DNA of 40,131 nt from Patescibacteria group bacterium. Lineage in GTDB: Bacteria; Patescibacteriota; Minisyncoccia; Phycocordibacterales; 21-14-all-36-13. Positions 1 to 8,056 of this stretch are shown here, one piece after another. The position numbers and the translations under genes are program-made. Location: the NCBI GenBank assembly GCA_038065915.1, contig JBBTPZ010000014.1, forward strand, positions 1-40,131, given 5' to 3'. Every line of letters begins with the position of its first letter. Positions within the stretch are counted from its first letter, which is position 1. The notes under the pieces were generated by a model. It was not told where the DNA came from, made no database searches, and saw only the letters and a list, made by a program, of their open reading frames with translations.

Positions 1-375
1 AGCCAGCCCCACCGAAATCCAAAACGCAAGACCCGCCCGCATTCCTCCCCAGACCCCTCCTGCGGGCGGGAAATCAGCCGAGGCAAAGCGGAAATCCTTT
101 CCCCCAGAAAAAATAAGCTTTCCGCTTTGCCGAGACCGAATTGAAGCCCCGCCACACTGCCCGAATACTTGGAGGGCAGAACCCCAAAGAAAAATGTCCT
201 TTCCTTTTTCAGAAAAAATTGGTCGCGCGCAAATCCGAAAAGCAAGGAACATTTTTCTTTGGGGTTGCCGAGCGGAGCGAGGCAGTGGCGGGGCTTTCAT
301 TGGTTAGGAATTTTTGATAAAGTAGGTTCGAGCGAAGTCGTAAAGACACTCCAAAAAACAAAAACTTCAAGATAA
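1..375. other. GC-rich block of nested near-perfect hairpins, either a structured RNA or a nest of palindromic repeat elements; cut by the window edge
   Basis: Helices read directly: 32-41/61-70 (cccgcccgca/tgcgggcggg); 82-94/119-131 (ggcaaagcggaaa/tttccgctttgcc); long-range 143-161/281-298 (gaagccccgccac..tgcc/ggcagtggcggggctttc), which encloses 174-200/244-269 (ggcagaaccccaaagaaaaatgtcctt/aaggaacatttttctttggggttgcc). The GC content is far above the surrounding DNA. The track ORF 169..375 runs through these stems. Confidence 0.5.
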
Positions 376-691
376 TTTTTTTAACACATCTATGGCATGG
401 CGTAGATTGGTGTGGAATAAATTCAAATGCTCTGACTTTTAAACCTCTTAAATGAGGTTTAAAAGAATCGTGTTAGATTTAATTCTATTTTAAGCATTTG
501 AATCCACAATGTTTTTGTTTTTATAATTTTGTCGTGTTGGTTATTTAAGATTTATTAAAAATTATACATTCCCATTGCACATAAATCTTTCAATTTTGCG
601 ACAGTTTTTTGTAACCATATCAACTTTTTTTGTTTTCCACACATTAAATTTGGAATATTAATTTTTCTGCTATAATATAGCTCTTGCATAT

Positions 692-708
692 ATACCCCCA
701 TAGGGTAT
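692..708 (+). promoter_or_regulatory. CsoR-type operator (ATACCC-N5-GGGTAT) overlapping the csoR promoter region
   Basis: The 17-nt palindrome atacccccatagggtat lies 16 nt upstream of the csoR ATG, just after a tataat hexamer at 671-676. It has the GC-core/AT-flank architecture typical of CsoR boxes. Confidence 0.7.
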
Positions 709-723
709 TATTATTTTGATAAC

Positions 724-993
724 ATGAAAAAAAATATAAAAAATAAAATTACACGCAGATTAAAGGTTTTGGAAGGACAGATAAGGGGACTTCAAAATAT
801 GATAAAGGAAGATAAATATTGTATAGATATTATTAATCAATCATCCGCCGTAAAACAAGCGTTATCAAGTGTGGAAAATTTAATTATGGAAGAGCATCTT
901 TCAACATGTGTTATTAAACAAATTAAAGACAAAAAGGAATCAAAAGCCATTAAAGAAATTTTAAACGTTTATAAATTATCAAAAAATAAATAA
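724..993 (+). CDS. csoR: CsoR/RcnR-family Cu(I)-sensing transcriptional repressor
   Basis: 89 aa. The RLKVLEGQIRGLQNMIKEDKYCIDIINQSSAV...EEHLSTCV pattern carries the C-H-C ligand set of CsoR (DUF156 fold). Confidence 0.9.
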   Translation: MKKNIKNKITRRLKVLEGQIRGLQNMIKEDKYCIDIINQSSAVKQALSSVENLIMEEHLSTCVIKQIKDKKESKAIKEILNVYKLSKNK

Positions 994-1006
994 ATTTATT
1001 ATTTTT

Positions 1007-1492
1007 ATGAAAAACAACAATATTTTTTTATGGGTTGGATTAATTATCCTTGCGTTGGTGTTGATTTTTGTCGCAAAAAACAACGGACCAACGGGAGATA
1101 ACTTTGTTAAAAGTGTTCTTATTTTGGAAGAAACATTTTGGGATTTTAAAACGATAAGTATGGCCGACGGAAATGTTAGTCATGATTTTGTATTAAAAAA
1201 TAATGGAAGCGAGCCAATCAAAATAACAAAAATACAGACAAGTTGTATGTGTACAAACGCGAATTTATTAACAAATGACGGCAAAGTCAAAGGACCGTTC
1301 GGCATGCACGAATCACCACCTGTGAATTTAGAAATCATGCCGAATGAAAGCGTTAAATTACAAGCGATTTTTGACCCGAATGCGCATGGACCGGCTGGAG
1401 TCGGAGTTATGGACAGAAGCATATACATTGATACCAATTCCTCAGAAAAACCAAAATTAGAATTAAAATTTGTAGCCAACGTAATAAAGTAA
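1007..1492 (+). CDS. Membrane-anchored DUF1573-like protein with a CMC motif
   Basis: N-terminal TM helix. WDFKTISMADGNVSHDFVLKNNGSEPIKITKIQTSCMCT matches the DUF1573 pattern (FDFG..h.F.l.N.G..PL.I..v.tSCGCT). Confidence 0.7.
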   Translation: MKNNNIFLWVGLIILALVLIFVAKNNGPTGDNFVKSVLILEETFWDFKTISMADGNVSHDFVLKNNGSEPIKITKIQTSCMCTNANLLTNDGKVKGPFGMHESPPVNLEIMPNESVKLQAIFDPNAHGPAGVGVMDRSIYIDTNSSEKPKLELKFVANVIK

Positions 1493-1495
1493 AAA

Positions 1496-2386
1496 ATGGA
1501 TATTTTATTTAGTGTATCTATAATCGCGTCATTTGTGGCTGGCATGGTAGCTTTGTTTGCTCCGTGTTGTGTGAGCATTCTTCTCCCAACATACCTGGCG
1601 GCTGTATTTAGAGAAAAAACAAAAGTTCTAAAGATGACTTTCATATATTTTTTGGGAATGGCAATCATTCTTATACCGATAGGATTGGGAGCGGCTTTTA
1701 TTACCAAATTTTTTCAAGATATTCATATTGAACTTTATATTTTGGGCGGGTTGATGATGGTTGCATTTGGAATAATGAGTTTTGCAGGCAAAGGCATGGC
1801 AATGTTGCCAAAATCACTTCAACCAAAAGCTGGCGGTTTTTCTAAAAAATCAGTGTTTATGTTAGGTGTTTTTTCAGGTGCGGCGACATCCTGTTGTGCT
1901 CCAGTTCTTGCTGGTGCCTTAACCCTAGCAGTTCTAAGCGGAACATTTGTAAAAGCGATAATTGTCGTATTTGCTTATGTCTTTGGAATGACAATACCTT
2001 TGTTTGTTATAGCTACATTCTGGGATAAATTTGACATACAAAATTCTCGTCTGGTTCGCGGAAAACTTTTTAAATTTAAATTTGGCAAAAAAATATTTTA
2101 TATTCATTCAACGAATCTAATAGCAGGAATTATTTTTTCAGTCATTGGATTAATGTTAATAACACTTGCTCTTTCAGGAAATACATTTTGGGCACCATCG
2201 GCCCAAGTAAGTTTTGGAGAATCTCTGACAAGATTTTCTACTAAAATAGTAAATGCTCTACAAATAATTCCGGATTACATATGGGGAGTGATTATTGTCG
2301 CTATTTTTGCATTTTTGTTAAGGTTTAGTTTTAATAATTTTAATAGAAATAATAAAAAACAAGAAAATGAAAATACTCAACACTAA
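1496..2386 (+). CDS. CcdA/DsbD-family thiol-disulfide transmembrane protein (cytochrome c biogenesis-type TM domain)
   Basis: Polytopic membrane protein with FAPCCVSILLPTYL and TSCCAPVLAG motifs in TM helices. Paralog of 5955..6842. Confidence 0.7.
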   Translation: MDILFSVSIIASFVAGMVALFAPCCVSILLPTYLAAVFREKTKVLKMTFIYFLGMAIILIPIGLGAAFITKFFQDIHIELYILGGLMMVAFGIMSFAGKGMAMLPKSLQPKAGGFSKKSVFMLGVFSGAATSCCAPVLAGALTLAVLSGTFVKAIIVVFAYVFGMTIPLFVIATFWDKFDIQNSRLVRGKLFKFKFGKKIFYIHSTNLIAGIIFSVIGLMLITLALSGNTFWAPSAQVSFGESLTRFSTKIVNALQIIPDYIWGVIIVAIFAFLLRFSFNNFNRNNKKQENENTQH

Positions 2387-3266
2387 AAATAAAGCGAGAT
2401 TGGCAATCTTTGCCGTTGTGCTATTTATTTTTTTTCTCGTTTCCTATTTTGACTTTGATGTAAAAATAAAAACGAGGACAGAATCTAATGTGGAAAAATT
2501 AACTCAATCTGATTATTTGCAAAAAGAAGTTTTGCCAGAAAATGGTGTGGAATTACCGGTTGTTTGGGGCGATATTGGAAAAAAGTTAACGGATTCAGGA
2601 GTGATAGATTCTAAAAAATTTGAAGGCCTCTACAACAAAAGAGGCGGGTTGGATGACGAAGAAAAATCTCTTCTGTATGCAGAAAATAACGGAAAAATTA
2701 TAATTACAAAAGAAAACTCTGGTTTCATACTGAATATTTTTTGGGCGCTTGGCCTATCCAACAAAAATTCTGTTTTAGAAAAAGGACCAATGATGAATCC
2801 TGAATATGGCGGAGCGGAGAATTTTGCTTCCACAGGCGGGTGGACAATTGCCAATGGAAATATTATGAATCATTATAGCGCGCATTCTTTTGTTGTACTC
2901 ACAAAAGAACAACAGGAACTTGTAGAAAGAGTATCCAAAAATATTTATCGTCCGTGTTGTGGAAATTCAACTTACTTTCCCGACTGCAACCACGGAATGG
3001 CGATGCTCGGACTTCTGGAATTGATGGCGTCTCAAGGCGTGAGTGAACAGGATATGTATAAAATAGCTCTTCAGGTTAATTCGTTTTGGTTTCCCGGTAC
3101 ATATTTAACAATAGCTAAATATTTTGGAATGAGAAATGTAGAATGGAAAGATATTAATCCAAAAGAAGTGTTGGGAGAAATTTATTCAAGCGGTCAAGGA
3201 TACAAACGAATTCTTCAAGAATTAGAACCGGAAAAAATTCAAGGTGGTGGAGGATGCTCCGCTTAA
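2367..3266 (+). CDS. Membrane-anchored extracytoplasmic Cys/His-motif protein (RPCCGNSTYFPDCNHGMAM), paralog A; function unknown, putative metal/thiol chemistry
   Basis: N-terminal TM helix and a conserved C-terminal domain shared with 3314..4300. Ends in GGGGCSA. I cannot name the family. Confidence 0.75.
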   Translation: MKILNTKNKARLAIFAVVLFIFFLVSYFDFDVKIKTRTESNVEKLTQSDYLQKEVLPENGVELPVVWGDIGKKLTDSGVIDSKKFEGLYNKRGGLDDEEKSLLYAENNGKIIITKENSGFILNIFWALGLSNKNSVLEKGPMMNPEYGGAENFASTGGWTIANGNIMNHYSAHSFVVLTKEQQELVERVSKNIYRPCCGNSTYFPDCNHGMAMLGLLELMASQGVSEQDMYKIALQVNSFWFPGTYLTIAKYFGMRNVEWKDINPKEVLGEIYSSGQGYKRILQELEPEKIQGGGGCSA

Positions 3267-3313
3267 TAATATTAATTGTTAAATAAAAATTTGATATTAG
3301 CAATTAAAAAATC

Positions 3314-4300
3314 ATGACGATAGATGACCAAAACAACGAAGATTTTTCCAACAAGAAAGTATCATCGCAAACTAACGTTACGGACAAGCGTAATTTTGCG
3401 CTTTCTGTGAGTATTGTTATTACTGCTCTAATTTTAGGGTTTGCGTGGATTTATACTGTAAAGCTCAAAATATCATTGCAAGCCAAGAATCAAATAGAAA
3501 CGGAAACACAATTGTCAGTTGAAGAAGCAATTGAATTGCCTTTGCGTTGGGATAATCTCGGAGTGCAAATGATTGATGCAGGCGTAATTAATCAAGAAGC
3601 ATTTGAGTCAATTTATGCACAGCGCGGAGGTTTGGACTCTCAAGAAAAACAACTTCTTCTTGGCAAATCCAACGGCACTATAAAAATTAATCAACAAAAT
3701 GCCGGCTTTTTTCTAAATTTTCTTTGGGCATTTGGGCTAAGCAACAAAAATTCAATTCTTGAAAATGGCCCCATGATGGACCCACAATATGGCGGAACGG
3801 AGAATTTTGCTTCCACAGGCGGGTGGACAATTGCCAATGGAAATATTATGAATCATTATAGCGCGCATTCTTTTGTTGTACTCACAAAAGAACAACAGGA
3901 ACTTGTAGAAAGAGTATCCAAAAATATTTATCGTCCGTGTTGTGGAAATTCAACTTACTTTCCCGACTGCAATCACGGAATGGCGATGCTCGGACTTTTG
4001 GAACTTTTAGCCGCACAGGGAATTGATGAACAAACTATTTACAAAGTAGCGCTTGAAGTAAATAAACTTTGGTTTCCCGAACAATACAATGTCATTACGC
4101 AATATTTATTGAATAACAATAAAAATATTGAAAATATTAATCCTAGAGAGATTTTGGGAATAAATTATTCCAGCGCTTCGGGGTATGGTCGAATTTTACA
4201 ATCCGTCGGCCCCCAACCTTCAAAAGATAGTGTTAATTGTAGTATCGGGGGAGAAAGCACGGCTCCAGCTCAATCAAGTGGCAGTGGTTGCGGAATTTAA
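3314..4300 (+). CDS. Membrane-anchored extracytoplasmic Cys/His-motif protein, paralog B
   Basis: Same architecture and motif as 2367..3266. Cys-containing tail (VNCSIGG...SGSGCGI). Confidence 0.75.
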   Translation: MTIDDQNNEDFSNKKVSSQTNVTDKRNFALSVSIVITALILGFAWIYTVKLKISLQAKNQIETETQLSVEEAIELPLRWDNLGVQMIDAGVINQEAFESIYAQRGGLDSQEKQLLLGKSNGTIKINQQNAGFFLNFLWAFGLSNKNSILENGPMMDPQYGGTENFASTGGWTIANGNIMNHYSAHSFVVLTKEQQELVERVSKNIYRPCCGNSTYFPDCNHGMAMLGLLELLAAQGIDEQTIYKVALEVNKLWFPEQYNVITQYLLNNNKNIENINPREILGINYSSASGYGRILQSVGPQPSKDSVNCSIGGESTAPAQSSGSGCGI

Positions 4301-4315
4301 TGATAAAAATCATTT

Positions 4316-4750
4316 ATGATTCTTAAATCTACAATTTATGGTCTTATAGGAACAACAGTTTTACTCACTGTATTTTTTTCTTTTGTCAGTCTTATTTCCG
4401 GTTGGGATTTTGCTTTGAGTCAGTTTTTGCAATTCTGGTATTTTATTGTTAGTTTGGCGGTTGGTTTTGGCATACAAATCGGTCTTTATACTTATTTAAA
4501 AAATGCCATTCATAAATCAGAATCATCGGGCAGAATACTCGCAGTATCGGGAACAACATCTACGGGCGCTATGATATCATGTTGTGCGCATTATATTGCA
4601 AATATTCTACCGATTGTTGGTGTTACCGGATTTATAAGTGTCATAGGACAATATCAAATTGAACTTTTCTGGATTGGACTCATTTTTAATATTGCGGGAA
4701 TTATTTATATCGGGAGAAAAGTAATTTCATTTCATAGGTCACAAATGTAA
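4316..4750 (+). CDS. Small polytopic membrane protein with an intramembrane CCAH motif
   Basis: 144 aa, about 4 hydrophobic helices, with GAMISCCAHYIANILP. Tightly packed inside the csoR unit. Confidence 0.6.
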   Translation: MILKSTIYGLIGTTVLLTVFFSFVSLISGWDFALSQFLQFWYFIVSLAVGFGIQIGLYTYLKNAIHKSESSGRILAVSGTTSTGAMISCCAHYIANILPIVGVTGFISVIGQYQIELFWIGLIFNIAGIIYIGRKVISFHRSQM

Positions 4751-4796
4751 AATTAGTTGGAACATTTTATTTAATTACAAAATAAGTAAAAAATTT

Positions 4797-5291
4797 ATGG
4801 ATAATATTGAAAAAAATTCAATTTTTGACAACAAGAAAAACAAATTGTTTTTAGTTATTTTTAGTGTTATTGGAATTATTATTGTAGTTATTCTTGCAAA
4901 TAGATTTTTAATTGATAAAAACGATGATGTCAAAAATGAAAACAATTCAATTTCCGTTTCATCGGTTATTTCTTCAGGAACACAAACTAACAACGAAGGC
5001 GCAGTAACAGTTAAAGTAACCCCAAATTTGTCGGATTGGAGTTTTGAAGTGACTCTTGATACCCATTCTGTGAGCATTAATAAAGATTTAACGAAAGTTT
5101 CTATTCTTATTGACGAGAACAAAAATGAATATATGCCAATTATATGGGACGGTGATTCCTCCGATGGTCATCACCGCACCGGTATTCTTCGTTTTGGCAA
5201 AATTATACCAATACCCAAGTCGGTTACCTTGGTAATTCGTCAAATCGGTGATATAGCTGAAAGAAAGTTTTTGTGGACAATCAATCCTTGA
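4797..5291 (+). CDS. Membrane-anchored secreted protein with a DGHHRTG His motif (unknown family)
   Basis: N-terminal TM helix, a beta-rich C-terminal domain and GDSSDGHHRTGILRF. Last gene before the second CsoR box. Confidence 0.6.
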   Translation: MDNIEKNSIFDNKKNKLFLVIFSVIGIIIVVILANRFLIDKNDDVKNENNSISVSSVISSGTQTNNEGAVTVKVTPNLSDWSFEVTLDTHSVSINKDLTKVSILIDENKNEYMPIIWDGDSSDGHHRTGILRFGKIIPIPKSVTLVIRQIGDIAERKFLWTINP

Positions 5292-5296
5292 CCAGA

Positions 5297-5313
5297 ATAC
5301 CCCAGGGGGGTAT
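5297..5313 (+). promoter_or_regulatory. Second CsoR-type operator (ATACCCC-N3-GGGGTAT)
   Basis: The 17-nt palindrome ataccccaggggggtat has the same length and arms as 692-708. It sits 6 nt after the stop of 4797..5291 and 67 nt before the small ORF at 5380. Confidence 0.65.
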
Positions 5314-5379
5314 TATAGATATAGAGATAAATAAAATAATAGAAAGTCGAGTTTAATAATAAATAATCAACAATATCTA

Positions 5380-5556
5380 ATGTTTAACTTTTTTAAGAAA
5401 AAATGTCCTGTTTGTAAAACGGGACTTGAGGAAGGGAAAAATTATCCCGAAGGATTTGGTGAAAAATTTTGTTCAGAAAATTGTAAAGAAGAGTATGGAA
5501 AGCAGTTAGCCCAAAAACCATCGCAACATTCTCATGGTGGTGGATGTTGTCATTAA
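5380..5556 (+). CDS. Small Cys-rich metal-binding protein (TRASH/YHS-like zinc-ribbon pattern plus a C-terminal HSHGGGCCH tail); absent from the ORF track
   Basis: My own translation: MFNFFKKKCPVCKTGLEEGKNYPEGFGEKFCSENCKEEYGKQLAQKPSQHSHGGGCCH (58 aa). The CPVC...FCSENC spacing resembles the TRASH domain. It lies directly downstream of a CsoR box. Confidence 0.6.
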   Translation: MFNFFKKKCPVCKTGLEEGKNYPEGFGEKFCSENCKEEYGKQLAQKPSQHSHGGGCCH

Positions 5557-5671
5557 AAAAACGAAGTCCCGTATCAAAGCGAAGCTTCTGGTGCGGTGGG
5601 TCGACCCCAGTAGTAGAGCAAAGCTCACTGCGGGGCAAGAAAATTAATAATCAGCTTTAACTAAAAATTAT

Positions 5672-5760
5672 ATGAACCCCGTTAAAAATTTAGTAAATTA
5701 ACTTAACAGGGTTATATAAATAAATTTATTATGACTACACAAATTTCTAACGGGGTGAAT
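5672..5760 (+). repeat. uORF/inverted-repeat element, copy 1
   Basis: The arms 5676-5689 (accccgttaaaaat) and 5743-5756 (atttctaacggggt) pair over 14 bp with 1 mismatch. The uORF at 5672-5701 encodes MNPVKNLVN. A GTG at 5755-5757 lies in the 3' arm. Confidence 0.7.
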
Positions 5761-5955
5761 CAAAATTTAGGGAAATTAGATAGAATTTTTAGATTTGTCT
5801 TGGGAATATTATGGCTTAGTCCGATGGCGCCACAATTTGGCACAGAGTGGGCCAACATAATTATCGTTATCGTGGCGTTGATCGCACTTCTTGAGAGTTT
5901 TCTTGGTTGGTGTTGGCTTCATCGTTTGTTTGGCATAGATAATAATAATCAGTAA
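5731..5955 (+). CDS. DUF2892 (YgaP-like) small membrane protein
   Basis: The NLGKLDRIFRFVLGIL...LESFLGWCWLHRLFGI pattern is typical of DUF2892. The true start may be the GTG at 5755 rather than the ATG at 5731. The stop overlaps the next ATG (TAATG). Confidence 0.65.
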   Translation: MTTQISNGVNQNLGKLDRIFRFVLGILWLSPMAPQFGTEWANIIIVIVALIALLESFLGWCWLHRLFGIDNNNQ

Positions 5956-6842
5956 TGGAATTACTTTTAAGCGCATCATTAATCGCGGCATTCATTGCCG
6001 GAATTGCGGCGCTCTTTGCCCCGTGTTGTATCACTGTTCTTTTGCCCGCCTATTTCGGTTCCATATTTCGTGAAAGATACAAAGTGTTTTTAATGACTTT
6101 TATATTTTTCTTGGGAATTCTTACAGTATTTCTTCCCATTGGTCTTGGAGTCGCCGCGCTAGGGAAATTATTCAGCCAATATCATAATATTATTTTCGGC
6201 ATAGGAAGCACATTTCTTACTATTCTTGGAATTTTTCTTCTCACCGGTATTCATTTTTCTTTACCAATGAGAGTAAGCCCTGCCCTCAAGAAACACAATG
6301 CTGTTTCTGTATTTGTGCTTGGTATATTTTCAGGAATTGCCACTACTTGTTGCGCACCAGTGCTAGCTGGTGTCTTGGCTCTCGCAACTCTTCCGAGCTC
6401 AATATTTTGGGGTGGTTTTTATACTTTAAGTTTTGTTCTTGGAATGGTCGCGCCACTCTTTATTATATCTCTTTTCCTTGACAAGATTAACTTTGAACAA
6501 AAATTTCTACGAATCTTCAGTAGACCGATTCGATACCGATTAATCGGCAAAGAAATAAGTATTACCGTTTCCGAAGCAGTATAGGGCATTACTTTTCTTG
6601 CCATGGGCGTTTTGATTTTTTATCTTGCGCTTACTAATCGGCTTTTTATGCAAGCCGGAGGATATCAGACAGATATTAATATTTATCTCACAAAAGTTTT
6701 GCAATCAATAAGCGGTGTTGTGCAAGCGGTTCCCGAATATGTCTGGGCGCTTTTGTTAGTTATAATTATTAGCGGAATTGTTTGGCGGGTTGCTCGTCAA
6801 TTCAACAAAGAAAAACAAGAAGAAAAAATAACAAAAAGTTGA
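5955..6842 (+). pseudogene. Second CcdA-like gene interrupted by a single in-frame TAG (fragments 5955..6584 and 6603..6842)
   Basis: The two track ORFs are in the same frame. Together they align end to end with the 296-aa paralog 1496..2386 (FAPCCITVLLPAYF, TTCCAPVLAG, ...IPDYIWG/VPEYVWA). The TAG at 6582-6584 replaces one codon. Confidence 0.6.
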
Positions 6843-6872
6843 TAATTATTAATAATTTTATAAAATAAAATC

Positions 6873-6960
6873 ATGAACCCCGTTAGAAATCTAATAAATT
6901 AATTTGACGGGACGCATAATCTAATAAATTTATGAATACACAAATTTCTAACGGGATGAA
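6873..6960 (+). repeat. uORF/inverted-repeat element, copy 2
   Basis: The arms 6879-6890 (cccgttagaaat) and 6944-6955 (atttctaacggg) form 12 perfect bp. The uORF at 6873-6902 encodes MNPVRNLIN. An ATG at 6956 follows the 3' arm immediately. Confidence 0.7.
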
Positions 6961-7585
6961 AAAAATAAATGTCTCTACAATTATTATAACAATAGTTGTT
7001 GTCGTCATAATAGGTCTTCTGATTTGGAATGACAGTAAGAATAAAATTAGTACGCCAGTAGCGGATGAACATGGAATGCCTATTGTTACAAACACTCCCG
7101 TTATACCACTTGATGAACTGATTAATAAACCTACACCGGATTTTGCTTTAGCCGACAGAGATGGGAAAATATATTCCTCGAACGAATTGCAAGGCAAGAA
7201 TGTGATACTCTTTTTTAATGAAGGATTGATGTGTTATCCCGCATGTTGGAATCAAATTGTTTCACTTTCTCAAGATGAGCGTTTAAAAAATGACAACACC
7301 GTGGTCCTTTCAGTTGTGATTGATTCCAAAGAAGATTGGCAACAAGCGATTAATAAGATGCCTGAACTTGCCAAAGCGACAGTAGTTTTTGATAAAGATG
7401 CAGAAGTATCTAAAAAATTCAACATGCTTAAAACTTCATCCTCAATGCATTACGGTTCACTTCCGGGTCATACTTATGTAATAATTGATAAAGAAGGAAT
7501 GGTCAGACATGTTTTTGATGACCCTAATATGAGCATTCACAATGACCAATTAGTTGCAGAAATTTCAAAATTTTCCAAAAAATAA
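6932..7585 (+). CDS. Membrane-anchored thioredoxin-fold (AhpC/TSA-redoxin-like) protein with a CYPAC motif
   Basis: TM helix, then PDFALADRDGKIYSSNELQGKNVILFFNEGLMCYPACW. The likely real start is the ATG at 6956 (MKKINVST...). Confidence 0.7.
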   Translation: MNTQISNGMKKINVSTIIITIVVVVIIGLLIWNDSKNKISTPVADEHGMPIVTNTPVIPLDELINKPTPDFALADRDGKIYSSNELQGKNVILFFNEGLMCYPACWNQIVSLSQDERLKNDNTVVLSVVIDSKEDWQQAINKMPELAKATVVFDKDAEVSKKFNMLKTSSSMHYGSLPGHTYVIIDKEGMVRHVFDDPNMSIHNDQLVAEISKFSKK

Positions 7586-7737
7586 TACTGATGGCAATAT
7601 ATTGTAAAAGCCATATCAGTGTTAAATAAAAAAGGTCGAAGAATAAAAATTTAATTCCAAAGGGGAATTTACCCCGCGTGATAAAAACTCTCGGATTTTA
7701 TGATATCTAAAACATCATATTTCACGAGATAAAAATT

Positions 7738-8034
7738 ATGAATAATGAAAAACATTATTGTCAAATAAATAAAAATGGTTTTGCATTAGCGGCTGGAGGA
7801 GCAATGGGAACCATTTATATTGTTTGTGCTGTATTTGTGTCTTTGTGGCCAGATTTTTCACTAAAACTTTTTGGTTGGCTTGTTCATTTAGTGAATGTAG
7901 AAAAATTTACCGGTGGTTTGGTGATGACGTTCGGCGGATTTTTGATAGGTTTGGCGCAAGTTGTTATTTATGCTTATATCGGAGCATGGATTATTGCTTG
8001 GTTTCACAACAAATTCTGCAAATCAAATCAATAA
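7738..8034 (+). CDS. Small integral membrane protein, unknown function
   Basis: 98 aa with 2-3 hydrophobic helices. The overlapping track ORF 7824..8054 is in another frame and Cys/Arg-rich, so it is rejected. Confidence 0.55.
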   Translation: MNNEKHYCQINKNGFALAAGGAMGTIYIVCAVFVSLWPDFSLKLFGWLVHLVNVEKFTGGLVMTFGGFLIGLAQVVIYAYIGAWIIAWFHNKFCKSNQ

Positions 8035-8056
8035 AAATTAATAAACAGATATAAAT

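Noticed and set aside
169-375. Track ORF of 68 aa in the GC-rich block
   Set aside because: It runs straight through long perfect inverted repeats, has no start context and is Arg/Gly/Ser/Trp-rich, as expected from GC-rich non-coding DNA. It is treated as a structural or repeat region.
1180-1707. Minus-strand ORFs (1180..1707, 4775..5122, 11466..11840, 21208..21705, 29700..30163, 35272..35640 and others)
   Set aside because: All are antisense to strongly supported + strand genes. They have low-complexity, hydrophobic or Ser/Phe/Ile-rich composition typical of AT-rich antisense frames, and no recognisable motifs.
5557-5640. tRNA or other small RNA in the GC-rich patch after the small Cys-rich ORF
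   Set aside because: No cloverleaf can be drawn. There is no GTTCRANYC T-loop and no acceptor complementarity on either strand. The patch instead contains two direct copies of an AAAGC(R)AAGCT..TGCGG(G) motif shared with 26182-26205, so it belongs to the GC-rich repeat family.
6582-6584. Genome-wide TAG reassignment
   Set aside because: TAG terminates several well-defined genes at the positions expected from homolog lengths (pheS 14419-14421, gyrB 20954-20956). TGA and TAA are also used as stops, so code 11 fits.
7824-8054. 76-aa + strand ORF overlapping 7738..8034
   Set aside because: It is out of frame with, and almost fully inside, the membrane-protein ORF. Its composition (Cys/Arg/Phe-rich) is implausible.
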